This document shows positions 29,312 to 38,323 of a stretch of DNA of 40,684 nt, piece by piece; within the stretch, counting starts at the first letter, position 1; every line of letters starts with the position of its first letter. The stretch spans positions 1 to 40,684 of the forward strand of contig JABSSF010000003.1 of NCBI GenBank assembly GCA_013214485.1. Direction: 5' to 3'. A program made the translations under genes and the position numbers. The notes beneath the pieces are model-generated. The model worked only from the letters and a program-made list of their open reading frames with translations, was not told the DNA's origin and searched no databases. Origin of the DNA: Rickettsiaceae bacterium (lineage in GTDB: Bacteria > Pseudomonadota > Alphaproteobacteria > Rickettsiales > Rickettsiaceae).

Positions 29312-29810
29312 TATTATCCTCTAATGAATTTATGCCTTTATCTTTAAGAAATAACGCCACCGCAAAAGGCACGGGTGGTTTTTCTTGCTCCTCCTCTTCT
29401 TCCTCGATTTGTATTTGCTCTTTATTTTTAATCTTAACCGTTATAATTTGTACCTTTGCAAATTCTACTATTGAATTTAGATAGTCTTCAATTTCATCAT
29501 AATTAAGCGATCTGAGTGTAAGGAAAATTTCATTGCCTTCTAATTTCATCTTATGTACCCATAGATTCATAGTTTGCACCTTAGTAAATGCACTCATTAT
29601 TTCGATATATCGTGAAGATGATATCAGCATTCTATCATTTTGCATTTTTATTAATAAACTAGCTTTTCTACCTACGGATTCTTCATAATGTGGTACTAGC
29701 CATTTAATATTTGAATAATACATTCCCGCCACCATTAAAATTAAAATAAAAAATAATTTATATGACCCCAAAGGAAAAATAATTTTATTCTTTATCAATT
29801 CTTTTGCCAT
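29235..29810 (-). CDS. PilN/MshI-C-like bitopic membrane protein with an acidic insert
   Basis: Start moved to the internal ATG at 29810 (MAKELIK), just after the upstream stop. One TM. KMKLEGNEIFLTLRSLNYDEIEDYLNSI matches the PilN ferredoxin-like pattern. Contains an EEEEEEQEKPP insert. Confidence 0.5.
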   Translation of the reverse strand: MAKELIKNKIIFPLGSYKLFFILILMVAGMYYSNIKWLVPHYEESVGRKASLLIKMQNDRMLISSSRYIEIMSAFTKVQTMNLWVHKMKLEGNEIFLTLRSLNYDEIEDYLNSIVEFAKVQIITVKIKNKEQIQIEEEEEEQEKPPVPFAVALFLKDKGINSLEDNNEEDDENSSIFYNFEAEVVLSAKNL

Positions 29811-29814
29811 AAAA

Positions 29815-30831
29815 CTATTTTTTATTAACCCATTCATTTATTACTTTAGAGGCTAATTCCTTATTTATTGGTTTGAATATAACACTATTCATATCTACTT
29901 CCTTACAGTGTTTTACATAAGCCTCTGAATGGTTAGAAGTTAATCCAATAATTGGAATCCTTTTTAAATTTAATTCCTTTTCTCGTTGACGTATATTTAA
30001 AGTACATTCAAATCCATCCATTATAGGCATTTCACAATCCATGATAATTAAATCATAATCATGATTTTTTTCTAAATTATGTAAGGATTGTTGTGCGTTT
30101 GTTGATATTTCTACAGAAAGTTTTTGTTTAATTAATATAGATTTTAGAATTTTAGCATTTACCTTATTATCCTCAATGACTAACACTTTTTTAACATTCT
30201 TGTTAACTAATGGCATAATTATGAGCCAATATGTAAAAAGAATTAATATTAAACCTACTACTAGAGTAAATAACAATAACACTATTTCCACATGATATTT
30301 CATTAAATTTTTATCTTGATTGCAGGAACTAAAATTACTATCTAAATCAGTTAACAATTTATCTTTTATATATTCCAGTGAGGCTAAAAGATTTGGTTTT
30401 AAAGATTCATTAGAATTATCAGCTTCTATAAGATTTTCTGCATATTCTATAAGATTATTTACATCTTTAACTCTATTGGTAAAATTTAAATAATCTACTT
30501 TTTCCTTTGTTGTACCATTACTTAAATTAACTGATTTAATACAGATTAAAGAATCATTTAATGATTTCAATAACCTAGTATCTGTTATAATATTATCCTT
30601 TAAACATGAGCGAACATTTTGATCTTCAGTAAAAACTATATTAGTTGCGGTTATGGCGATTTTCTCAACCAAGATTCTATGCTTGGAAGCTAAATTAGAT
30701 TCAATTAAACTATTGTTAAAACTAAATATCAAAGATATTAATATAATGTATAATGATATCAATATCATTATCATTGTGAAGTTAATAGCTTTATATTTTT
30801 GTTGTAAAAATTCGTTTATTTGATGAATCAT
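29815..30831 (-). CDS. Membrane-anchored stand-alone receiver (REC) domain protein: TM, about 150-aa extracytoplasmic domain, TM, REC
   Basis: TM1 MIMILISLYIILISLIFSF and TM2 LLLFTLVVGLILILFTYWLIIMPL. About 8 aa after TM2 a complete CheY-like receiver begins (VLVIEDN, DLIIMDCEMPIMDG, IIGLTS, FKP). No HisKA/HATPase and no output domain. Confidence 0.8.
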   Translation of the reverse strand: MIHQINEFLQQKYKAINFTMIMILISLYIILISLIFSFNNSLIESNLASKHRILVEKIAITATNIVFTEDQNVRSCLKDNIITDTRLLKSLNDSLICIKSVNLSNGTTKEKVDYLNFTNRVKDVNNLIEYAENLIEADNSNESLKPNLLASLEYIKDKLLTDLDSNFSSCNQDKNLMKYHVEIVLLLFTLVVGLILILFTYWLIIMPLVNKNVKKVLVIEDNKVNAKILKSILIKQKLSVEISTNAQQSLHNLEKNHDYDLIIMDCEMPIMDGFECTLNIRQREKELNLKRIPIIGLTSNHSEAYVKHCKEVDMNSVIFKPINKELASKVINEWVNKK

Positions 30832-30967
30832 ACTTATATTTTTATCATTTAATATTTCAGCATAGAAATGTAAATAATACCTATGTAAGATGATAACTTA
30901 ATCTTATTTATTTATGCAAAAAACTTTTTACTTATTATACCAGAAATAAAATACTTGTGATATATAA

Positions 30968-32695
30968 TTAAAGTTTATATGACCCAATATCCTCTCTATC
31001 ATCAAAACTATTCACTATAGTTGGTTTTATAAGTACTATAACTTCTATTTTTTTACTGGCATTTCTGTTAGCAGAAAATAAATTAAAAATACGTCCTATT
31101 CCTTTATCATGTTCAAATGGTAAACCAGACCTATTAGTACTTACCATATCTTGAGTCATTCCTCCTAATATAATTATATCACCACTAAATGATTTAACTA
31201 CAGTATCAACTTCCCTGGATAAAATCATTGCTACAGGTATCCTTGAATCCCTATTATCAATCTTAATTAATTTATCTTCATCATCTACTCTACTAATCAT
31301 CGGATGAATGTGCATTATTACTTCATCATTACTTATAATATTAGGAGTTGCTTCTAATGCAACACCAGAAAAGATTGGCTCTAGGTCAAACCCCGATTGA
31401 GTATTAGCATTATCGGAATTTAAATTAGTTGTCAGGTTAGTAACATTAGTGACAAAATATTTATCCTCACCACTTTTTATTAAAGCTCTTTGATTATTTA
31501 AAACTGCAATACGCGGCGATGAAATCACTGATAATTTACCTTGAGTTTTCAATGCTTGCATTACCATATTAAAATCTTTTGCCGCAATTCTACCACTTAA
31601 AACATTATTTAAACTTAATTCATCTCCAGCAATATTAGAAGTATTATGTAAATTATTAATAGAGTCAAACGGAGCACTTACTGCTGCAAGTGATGATTGC
31701 CTTAGATCATTTTTTAACGTATCCCATTGAATGCCATTACTAAATTCTTCTCTTAATTCTACTTCCAGTATTTTAGCTTCAATTATTATTTGCCTTGTCG
31801 AATTCTTATTTACTTTATTTAAAAAATTCTTAATTAACCTTTGCTGACTTGGCATAGCACTTACAACTACTAGACCACTTTCACGATAAACATAAAATTC
31901 CTCAACTTTATTATCTCTATCATTATTTGTACTTGTTACTAAACTAGCTGGAGTAGATGCAGTTTGCCCTGTTGGTTGCCCTTCTCCTGTTACATCTATT
32001 AAAGCTATCGTATTTTTTGTTGTTGATTTTAAAATACTTCTAATAGTATTTTCTACGCTACCCCAAAAATTATCTTCTGACTCTGATTTTATAGTAGAAT
32101 AATTATCGCTTTCTTCATCTTCTTTAAGGGTGCTGCTAACAATAGAAATTGATGATTTTCCTTTCCTCTTAAAATTATGATAATTAACTTCATAAGTAAT
32201 GGTTTGTATTTGTGGTAAATATAAAGTATAACCATAATCTAAATCTTTTACACCAATATCATATATTTCTGTTAAACTATCCAGTACATCAGCTAAACAA
32301 ACATCATGTAAATTCAAAGTCAGTCCTTTAGCTTGGTTTAAATTTGCTGCATAGTTAATATTTTCTTTATAGGTATAGCTTAATAAAGTTGCTAATTCCC
32401 TTAATTTAATATCTTTAGTAACAATATTAGCTTTTTTGCATAAAGGACGTTGCTCTTTAAATGGATTGTCAAAAACTAAAACATTGTTCTCAGATGAGTC
32501 TTTTTCATTCTTATAAAATTCATTAAATTTTTTGATATCATTAGTAAATTTTTCTGAATATTTAGTAGTACTACAACTATTTAAAAACAAAAAAGTAATT
32601 ATAATATAAGGAATAACTCTCTTTTTATAAAAAAAGTATAAAGAATTCAGACTTAAATTCTTTATACTTTTAAATTGTGGTTTATAAAATAACAT
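30968..32695 (-). CDS. Secretin, MshL/PilQ type, probable lipoprotein
   Basis: Start placed at the internal ATG 32695, 4 nt after the upstream stop. Lipobox-like FLFLNSC. Secretin core QIIIEAKILEVEL, VISSPRIAVLNNQRALIKSGEDKYFVT, LEATPNI, IIILGGM, GLPF, VIVLIKPTIV. Confidence 0.85.
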   Translation of the reverse strand: MLFYKPQFKSIKNLSLNSLYFFYKKRVIPYIIITFLFLNSCSTTKYSEKFTNDIKKFNEFYKNEKDSSENNVLVFDNPFKEQRPLCKKANIVTKDIKLRELATLLSYTYKENINYAANLNQAKGLTLNLHDVCLADVLDSLTEIYDIGVKDLDYGYTLYLPQIQTITYEVNYHNFKRKGKSSISIVSSTLKEDEESDNYSTIKSESEDNFWGSVENTIRSILKSTTKNTIALIDVTGEGQPTGQTASTPASLVTSTNNDRDNKVEEFYVYRESGLVVVSAMPSQQRLIKNFLNKVNKNSTRQIIIEAKILEVELREEFSNGIQWDTLKNDLRQSSLAAVSAPFDSINNLHNTSNIAGDELSLNNVLSGRIAAKDFNMVMQALKTQGKLSVISSPRIAVLNNQRALIKSGEDKYFVTNVTNLTTNLNSDNANTQSGFDLEPIFSGVALEATPNIISNDEVIMHIHPMISRVDDEDKLIKIDNRDSRIPVAMILSREVDTVVKSFSGDIIILGGMTQDMVSTNRSGLPFEHDKGIGRIFNLFSANRNASKKIEVIVLIKPTIVNSFDDREDIGSYKL

Positions 32696-32699
32696 TAAT

Positions 32700-33266
32700 T
32701 TATCTTCCGCCACCACTTGGAAGTCCACCGCCTGAGAATAAATTCTCATAATTAATATATGTACAAACTGACAAATATTTATTATCGGTTTCATCTCTGA
32801 TAAATGACGCAGTGAATTCTTTAGTACTGTTACTTCCCATAAATTCTTCTACATTTCTATCGGCATTAGTTAAACATTCCCAAGCAGTAATTTTTTCATC
32901 CTTGTGATTATAAATAGGAATTAAAAGTATCTGCTTACCTAATAATGCTTTAGCTACTGGTGTAACATGACCTTTACTACCTTTTTTTGCCATACCATTA
33001 AATTGAAATTCAATTTTATAGTCTTTAGAAATATTTAATATTGTAATATAAGGATTTTCTTCATTTTTTAACACACTATACGTACTTCTTAAGTGGTTAC
33101 CATGATTTTCCTCATAAAGACGCTCAGCCTGCTTTACTGCTCCGTAGATTGCGCTATCAACATTGCTTAGAGTAGCTTTTGCACCTGCTAATTTAGCACC
33201 AAAAGCTGTACTAGTTGTTAGAGCTAAGATAGTTCCAGTTAGTAAACATAAAGTTTTTTTCTTCAT
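32700..33266 (-). CDS. Type IVa pilin head-domain-like protein with a Sec-type signal peptide instead of a prepilin leader
   Basis: MKKKTLCLLTGTILALTTSTAFG then AKATLSNVDSAIYGAVKQAERLY (alpha1-C-like). C-terminal ITAWECLTNAD...KYLSVCTY resembles the disulfide-bonded D-region (WxC...KYLPxxC) of PilA/PilE. No G/FTLIE motif and no Glu5. Confidence 0.5.
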   Translation of the reverse strand: MKKKTLCLLTGTILALTTSTAFGAKLAGAKATLSNVDSAIYGAVKQAERLYEENHGNHLRSTYSVLKNEENPYITILNISKDYKIEFQFNGMAKKGSKGHVTPVAKALLGKQILLIPIYNHKDEKITAWECLTNADRNVEEFMGSNSTKEFTASFIRDETDNKYLSVCTYINYENLFSGGGLPSGGGR

Positions 33267-33601
33267 TTTCTTACCTTTAATTAATTTTAAAAATGCAGCT
33301 TACTGCTACATAAATTTAAGAATATCACATATAAGTTAACAAATGATTAAAAAATCAATATTTGTTATTTTTTGCCTACTTAGTGTCTGAACGAAAACTG
33401 CTGCCCCCCAATGAAATAAGGTTTTTAAAGTGATAATGTGTTGCGAAGATTATTCTATTTTATCCCACACTTAAAAACTAATAAAGTATTCAAGGGCTTT
33501 TAAATGCGAATTTAGGATAAGGAGTTAGTTCAACAAAGGGTTGCAAAAAGATAAGGAGAGGTTTATAAAGAAAATTTTCACCAAAAAATGCTATAAACCT
33601 C

Positions 33602-34327
33602 ATGAAGAAATGTATCACAACTGTATTTTATTTACTAGATAATTTTTGTAAAGAATATGAAAAATGGCAAAATAAAAATCTCTTACCACAAAATGGTATA
33701 AGAAAACGAGAAGGAAAATTACGACTTTCAGAGTTATTAACTATAGTGTTATATTATTATTTATCTCCCTGTAAAGACTTTAAGAACTACTATTTATATT
33801 ACTTATCAAGTAAATATAAAGGTTATTTTAAATTACCATGTTACAGTCGTATAGTACAACTAATGCCAAGACTTATACTACCATTATCAATAGTAATGCA
33901 AATCTTATCAGGAAGAGAAACAGGCACTTATTATATTGATTCTACAAAATTACAAATATGTCATAATAAACGAACTTCTAGTAATAGAGTTTTTAATAAA
34001 ATTTCTAAATTAGGACGCAGTAGTTATGGCTGGTTTATGGGATTTAAACTACATATGATAATTAATAATAAAGGAGAAATTATGGCAATAAAAATTAGCA
34101 AAGAAAATAAAAGTGATCTATCAGCAGTTAAAGATTTAGTTAAAGGATTAAACGGTACTATTTATGGGGATAAGGGATACATTTCCCGAAAACTATTTGA
34201 AGAGTTATATAGTTCTGGACTAAAGATATTTACTAGTATACGTAAGGATATGAAAAATCACTTACTTAATAATAGTGATAAATATTTTATGCGTAAAAGG
34301 GTTTTAATTGAATGTGTTTTTAAATAA
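33602..34327 (+). mobile_element. IS982-family transposase gene, 3'-truncated (remnant)
   Basis: The N-terminal and DDE-region pattern (YIDSTKLQICHNKR, GWFMGFKLHMIIN, IYGDKGYIS) is typical of IS982. The ORF stops at ...LIECVFK, roughly 50 aa short of family members as I recall them. Element ends were not identified. Confidence 0.65.
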
Positions 34328-34338
34328 CAGTATTAAAT

Positions 34339-34405
34339 AAAGAAGCAAAAACAAGATTATTGATATTTTAAAACTAATACTTAGATTTAAAAGTTACTAT
34401 CTTAG
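34339..34405 (+). repeat. Direct repeat copy A (about 66 bp)
   Basis: aaagaagcaaaaacaagattattgatattttaaaactaatacttagatttaaaagttactatctta versus copy B at 34781-34846, about 80% identity by eye. Both are followed by ttatttttttcattttta (34474-34491 and 34845-34862). Confidence 0.6.
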
Positions 34406-34780
34406 TGAAATTTTGTGACTTTTTTTTATTTTAAGATAACGCACTTACACGTTGAAATGGATATATTTGCTCTTATTTTTTTTCATTTTTAAACTTTAAT
34501 TAAATTCTTTTAATAATTTTCTTTTTTTTTACTAAGGATTTATGTCCATTTGCTAAGACATCTAAAAAACGGAGTACCATCTACAAAAATTTTATTGTTT
34601 ATTTACTGTTATAATTAGCAAAAATCACTAACTATTTTATTTTTACATTTAATTTTTATTCTTTCTTTTCCTTTTGAAATAGCGTTTAGCTCGTTACATC
34701 AATATAAACTTTATCAAATTTTAAACCATTCTTATATTAACCTATCGTTACTGTCTTTTTTCTTAAAGCTAACTTTGTCA

Positions 34781-34846
34781 AAAGAAACAAAAATCAGAAT
34801 TACTGAAGTATATAACTAATACTTGGATTTTAAAGTTACTACCTTA
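34781..34846 (+). repeat. Direct repeat copy B
   Basis: aaagaaacaaaaatcagaattactgaagtatataactaatacttggattttaaagttactacctta. See copy A. Confidence 0.6.
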
Positions 34847-35250
34847 TTTTTTTCATTTTTATTAGAGTTTTTTAACTAATTAGCGGTGCTGCGACAATGA
34901 GAGGGACGTTGAAAGAAATTTAACAGTAAGCTAACTGCCAACAAAAAATAATAATAGTAACTAGAGAATGATTTTTTATTAAAATTTAGTTTATAAAAAA
35001 ACTGTCCTATTGGTTCATTCAAGCGGAACTTACGCAAATTTAAATAACTGTCTCCTAAAGTCCTCTATTCTTAAAAAATGTCAAAAAATTTTAAATAATA
35101 GGTCTAGGTTCTGGTTCACTTATAAACGTTTATGTGAGATGGTGGTGTTAGTGCCATTGTGGTACGAAAGGGGTATAGATACTGGCAAAATTGGACTTAA
35201 ACTAGTACCTATACCTTGCCTTTAGTAACCTTAAAGACAGGAGTAATATT

Positions 35251-35655
35251 ATGTCTAAAAAATTAGAAAATCAACCCAAAAGGGAAAATAATGAAAATCA
35301 AAAAAATAAACCTGATAAAAATAACAACAAAGATAAACATTTAAGAAAATTAAATGAAAATCTTAACAAACTTGATGAAAAACCAATATTTGACGATATT
35401 AATAAAGCTAGTGATGAAGATAAACATAAATTAAAACAATATCCTAATTTTGATAACTTAAGTAAGGAAGAACAAGAAGACTTAATAAAACAAGCCAAAC
35501 AAGCTAAAGATAGACATGAAGAAAATAATAGTCGTCATGCTGAGCAAACAAGAGAGTATTTGAAGGAGCGAACTGAATTAGTTAGAATGTCTGAATTACT
35601 AGAACATGTTTTTAATAATTTAAAATTTAGTCAATTTATAAAGGCTATAAAATAG
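35251..35655 (+). CDS. Hypothetical highly charged K/E/N-rich protein (134 aa)
   Basis: RBS acaggag 8 nt upstream. Low-complexity N-terminal two thirds and a more ordinary C-terminal helix (TELVRMSELLEHVFNNLKFSQFIKAIK). Confidence 0.4.
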   Translation: MSKKLENQPKRENNENQKNKPDKNNNKDKHLRKLNENLNKLDEKPIFDDINKASDEDKHKLKQYPNFDNLSKEEQEDLIKQAKQAKDRHEENNSRHAEQTREYLKERTELVRMSELLEHVFNNLKFSQFIKAIK

Positions 35656-35829
35656 AAGATTGGGAGTATATGCTTCATTTTTGTCCCCATAGCTCGATGT
35701 GGCAAGCTATTAAAAGTGAGGCAAAGATACTAGAAGCTAAAGAGTTAATGCTTAATAAGATTACAACAGATATGTTCAAAGTATTAGAAAATGATGACTG
35801 GTTGTTTTTTATAGCTAAGAAAAATTAAT

Positions 35830-35901
35830 TATAGTAACCCCTAGGATCTGTTAACATAAGCCATTCATTCTATACACCAATAATAACGGTTTGAATGGCT
35901 T
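35830..35901. repeat. RPE/MITE-like element with a TIR-like start and a 10-bp perfect hairpin
   Basis: tatagtaac matches the IS630 TIR start. The core at 35841-35860 matches 27214-27233. aagccattca (35858-35867) pairs with tgaatggctt (35892-35901). Confidence 0.5.
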
Positions 35902-36032
35902 AAAAATTACTTGCTAGCTAAACATTTTTAAACATAATTTTATACCAATTAAGTCGTACTATTAGTTGATTTTAGGAGCTATTTTAGCTAAAATATTCTG
36001 GTTGTTTATTTGATATTTTAAGATAGAGAAAT

Positions 36033-36308
36033 ATGAACAATCAACATAATATACCTTTTATTTATTATAATGATTTTGCTAAAGTTACAGCTGGGAATAA
36101 AATGTACCATTTTGGAAATATGCAAGCAAAAGTTATCAAGCAATTATATGTTGCAGCAAGTACTGATTCGCCTTGGGTTTTCGGTAAACAAGCTTTATAT
36201 AAAGCAGGCTCTAGGTCTTTATGTATGCGAGATTTATTCAGATCACAACCAAAATGGCGGAAACTTGTAGAATCTGATAAAAGAGGCTATTACCGTTTAA
36301 TCATCTGA
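36033..36308 (+). CDS. Hypothetical small basic protein, possibly winged-helix DNA-binding
   Basis: 91 aa. The C-terminal pattern ...RDLFRSQPKWRKLVESDKRGYYRL resembles the wing of wHTH domains. Lies upstream of the serine recombinase. Confidence 0.35.
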   Translation: MNNQHNIPFIYYNDFAKVTAGNKMYHFGNMQAKVIKQLYVAASTDSPWVFGKQALYKAGSRSLCMRDLFRSQPKWRKLVESDKRGYYRLII

Positions 36309-36429
36309 ATTTATATATTATCGTTCACCGATACCTCACTCATCCCTAGGACAAGAAATTTATTACTTAGTAAAATAAAAAGAAGTTTTAGCAATCTAAG
36401 TAATTGGGATGAAAAGGGGTAAGTAAATA

Positions 36430-36669
36430 ATGGCAGGAAAAAATACAGTAAACTTTATCAATAAAAAGAAATCTAGTAGTAAATTATTTAATGATTTAGC
36501 AGATACCATTAAAGAAGCTTATAACAATGACAAAACTTTAAGTGATAAAATTGATGATGCTGAATCTCGGATACTGGCTAGAAATATGATTGAGTTTTGC
36601 CAAAAATTTATCGAGATCCAAATCAGGATAGAAAGCGAAGCAGAAAAAATAATGATAAAACAAGAATAA
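36430..36669 (+). CDS. Hypothetical protein (79 aa, helical)
   Basis: ATG preceded by aaaagggg. No recognisable motif. Confidence 0.35.
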   Translation: MAGKNTVNFINKKKSSSKLFNDLADTIKEAYNNDKTLSDKIDDAESRILARNMIEFCQKFIEIQIRIESEAEKIMIKQE

Positions 36670-36811
36670 TTTCTCCTTAAATCATCCATATTATTTTTTA
36701 TTTAATAAAATTTAATAAACTACTTGCATTTCTGTATAGCTTGCTATAGGTGGTGTGGTGCTAAATTTAGCAGTTTATTTTTATAACAATTAATTTAAGA
36801 GAATTTATATT

Positions 36812-38323
36812 ATGCAAAAAGCTATTAAAGCAATTATATTATCTAGAGTATCATCAAAAGATCAAGAAGATGGTTATTCATTAGAAGTACAAACAGATAG
36901 ATTAGAAAAATATTGCGATCGCAGGGGACTTCATATTATCAAACGTTATCAAATAGTAGAATCTTCTACTAAAGGAGACCGCAAGCAATTTATGGAAATT
37001 ATTAAATTTATTAAGTCGCAGCGTGAACCGATAGCATTTGTTGCAGATAAGGTTGATAGAATACAAAGAAGCCAAAAAGAAACCCCCATATTAGATGATA
37101 TGATAAGACAAGGGAAATTAGAATTACATTTTAATAGCGAAAGTTACATTATTCATCAGGAATCAAGCGCTCACGAGTTAATGATGTGGGGTATGGGAGT
37201 TGTAGTTGCTAAAAGCCATACTGATTTACTCAGTGAAAATGTCAAAAAAAGTTTAAAACGTAAAGTAGAAGCCCATGGAGAGTGGTATGGCTCAGCACCT
37301 ATAGGCTATTTAAATCAACGTGATCAGCGTGGTAGGGGTATAATAGTTACTGACCCTATATCGGCATCAATTGTTACAAAATTATTTGCAGAATTTGCAA
37401 CTGGAGTTTATACTTTATCACAAATGGTAACAAAAGCTAAAGAATGGGGGTTACGCAGTAAAAAAGGGGGGTATGTAAATAAGTCTGTTCTACATCGTAT
37501 GTTTAGAAACCCTTTTTATTATGGTCAAATGAGATTTAAAGGCGAACTATGGACACATAACTATGAGAGATTAACTACAATAGAAACATTTAAAAAATGC
37601 GAGGCAACACTTATGGGCTGGAAGAAAAAACCTTTTCAATATCGAGGTAAAGAATTCTTATTTAGAGGTTTATTAACTTGTAAGACAACTGGCAAATTGG
37701 TTCTTAGTGATACTAAAGTAAAGAAATACCCAAGTCGCAAAAAATCAGAGTGGACTTATTTAATAGCATATGACCCAAAAAACTCAAAAAAGAAAATTTG
37801 GGTAAGAGAAGACAAAGTTATCAAACAATTAGAAGAAGTACTAAAAAATTTAGCTATAAAAGATGAAAAAATCCTAAAACAAACCATGGAGTATTTAACA
37901 GCGGTAAATGAAGGCAAAAAACACGATTTTAATAGAGAAGTTGGTGCATTAAAGCAAGAACACGCAAATATTCAGAATAAGCTTGATAAGCTATTAGATT
38001 TACTCGCTGAAGGGGTTTTGACTAAAGAGGAATTTTTAACCAAGAAAAATAAATATAAAGAACGTCAGCACGAGTTAACAGAATTATTACAAACTTATGA
38101 CAAGATTGATGATAAATTTTCTAAAAAGCTGCTAGAGGTTATAAACATTACTAATGAAGTTTATGATACTTTTAAGGGTTCAAAAATTTCTGAAAAAAGG
38201 CAATTATTAAAGTTCATGTTCTCGAACCTTTTTCTGGGGCAGCGGAGTGCTAGAGTACAGCTGGACTTTTCCATATCTAGTGAACTGGCAAAATTAACCA
38301 ATTGTGTACTTCCTGAGAGATAG
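36812..38323 (+). CDS. Large serine recombinase (resolvase/invertase catalytic domain + recombinase domain + coiled coil); 3' end probably altered by IS insertion
   Basis: Catalytic region AIILSRVSSKDQEDGYSLEVQ, VADKVDRIQRS. Recombinase domain PIGY, NPFYYG. C-terminal coiled coil. The last roughly 9 codons lie inside the IS481 left end. Confidence 0.85.
   Translation: MQKAIKAIILSRVSSKDQEDGYSLEVQTDRLEKYCDRRGLHIIKRYQIVESSTKGDRKQFMEIIKFIKSQREPIAFVADKVDRIQRSQKETPILDDMIRQGKLELHFNSESYIIHQESSAHELMMWGMGVVVAKSHTDLLSENVKKSLKRKVEAHGEWYGSAPIGYLNQRDQRGRGIIVTDPISASIVTKLFAEFATGVYTLSQMVTKAKEWGLRSKKGGYVNKSVLHRMFRNPFYYGQMRFKGELWTHNYERLTTIETFKKCEATLMGWKKKPFQYRGKEFLFRGLLTCKTTGKLVLSDTKVKKYPSRKKSEWTYLIAYDPKNSKKKIWVREDKVIKQLEEVLKNLAIKDEKILKQTMEYLTAVNEGKKHDFNREVGALKQEHANIQNKLDKLLDLLAEGVLTKEEFLTKKNKYKERQHELTELLQTYDKIDDKFSKKLLEVINITNEVYDTFKGSKISEKRQLLKFMFSNLFLGQRSARVQLDFSISSELAKLTNCVLPER

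Noticed and set aside
32696-32794. N-terminal 33-codon extension of the secretin ORF overlapping the pilin-like gene; similar extensions for trxA (17571-17633), kdsB (39771-39842), the IS481 transposase (38379-38402) and the 15924 ORF
   Set aside because: In each case an internal ATG gives a product that starts at the conserved N-terminus or signal peptide, has an RBS or tight coupling to the upstream stop, and removes an implausible overlap.
34339-34846. Possible CRISPR array suggested by repeated units in non-coding DNA
   Set aside because: Only two copies of about 66 bp are present, 440 bp apart, imperfect and with no regular spacing and no cas genes. No CRISPR-like array exists anywhere in the window.
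35010-35225. 71-aa plus-strand ORF with a non-ATG start
   Set aside because: It has no RBS, lies in the decayed non-coding stretch and shows no motif. The region is better described as non-coding with a hairpin.
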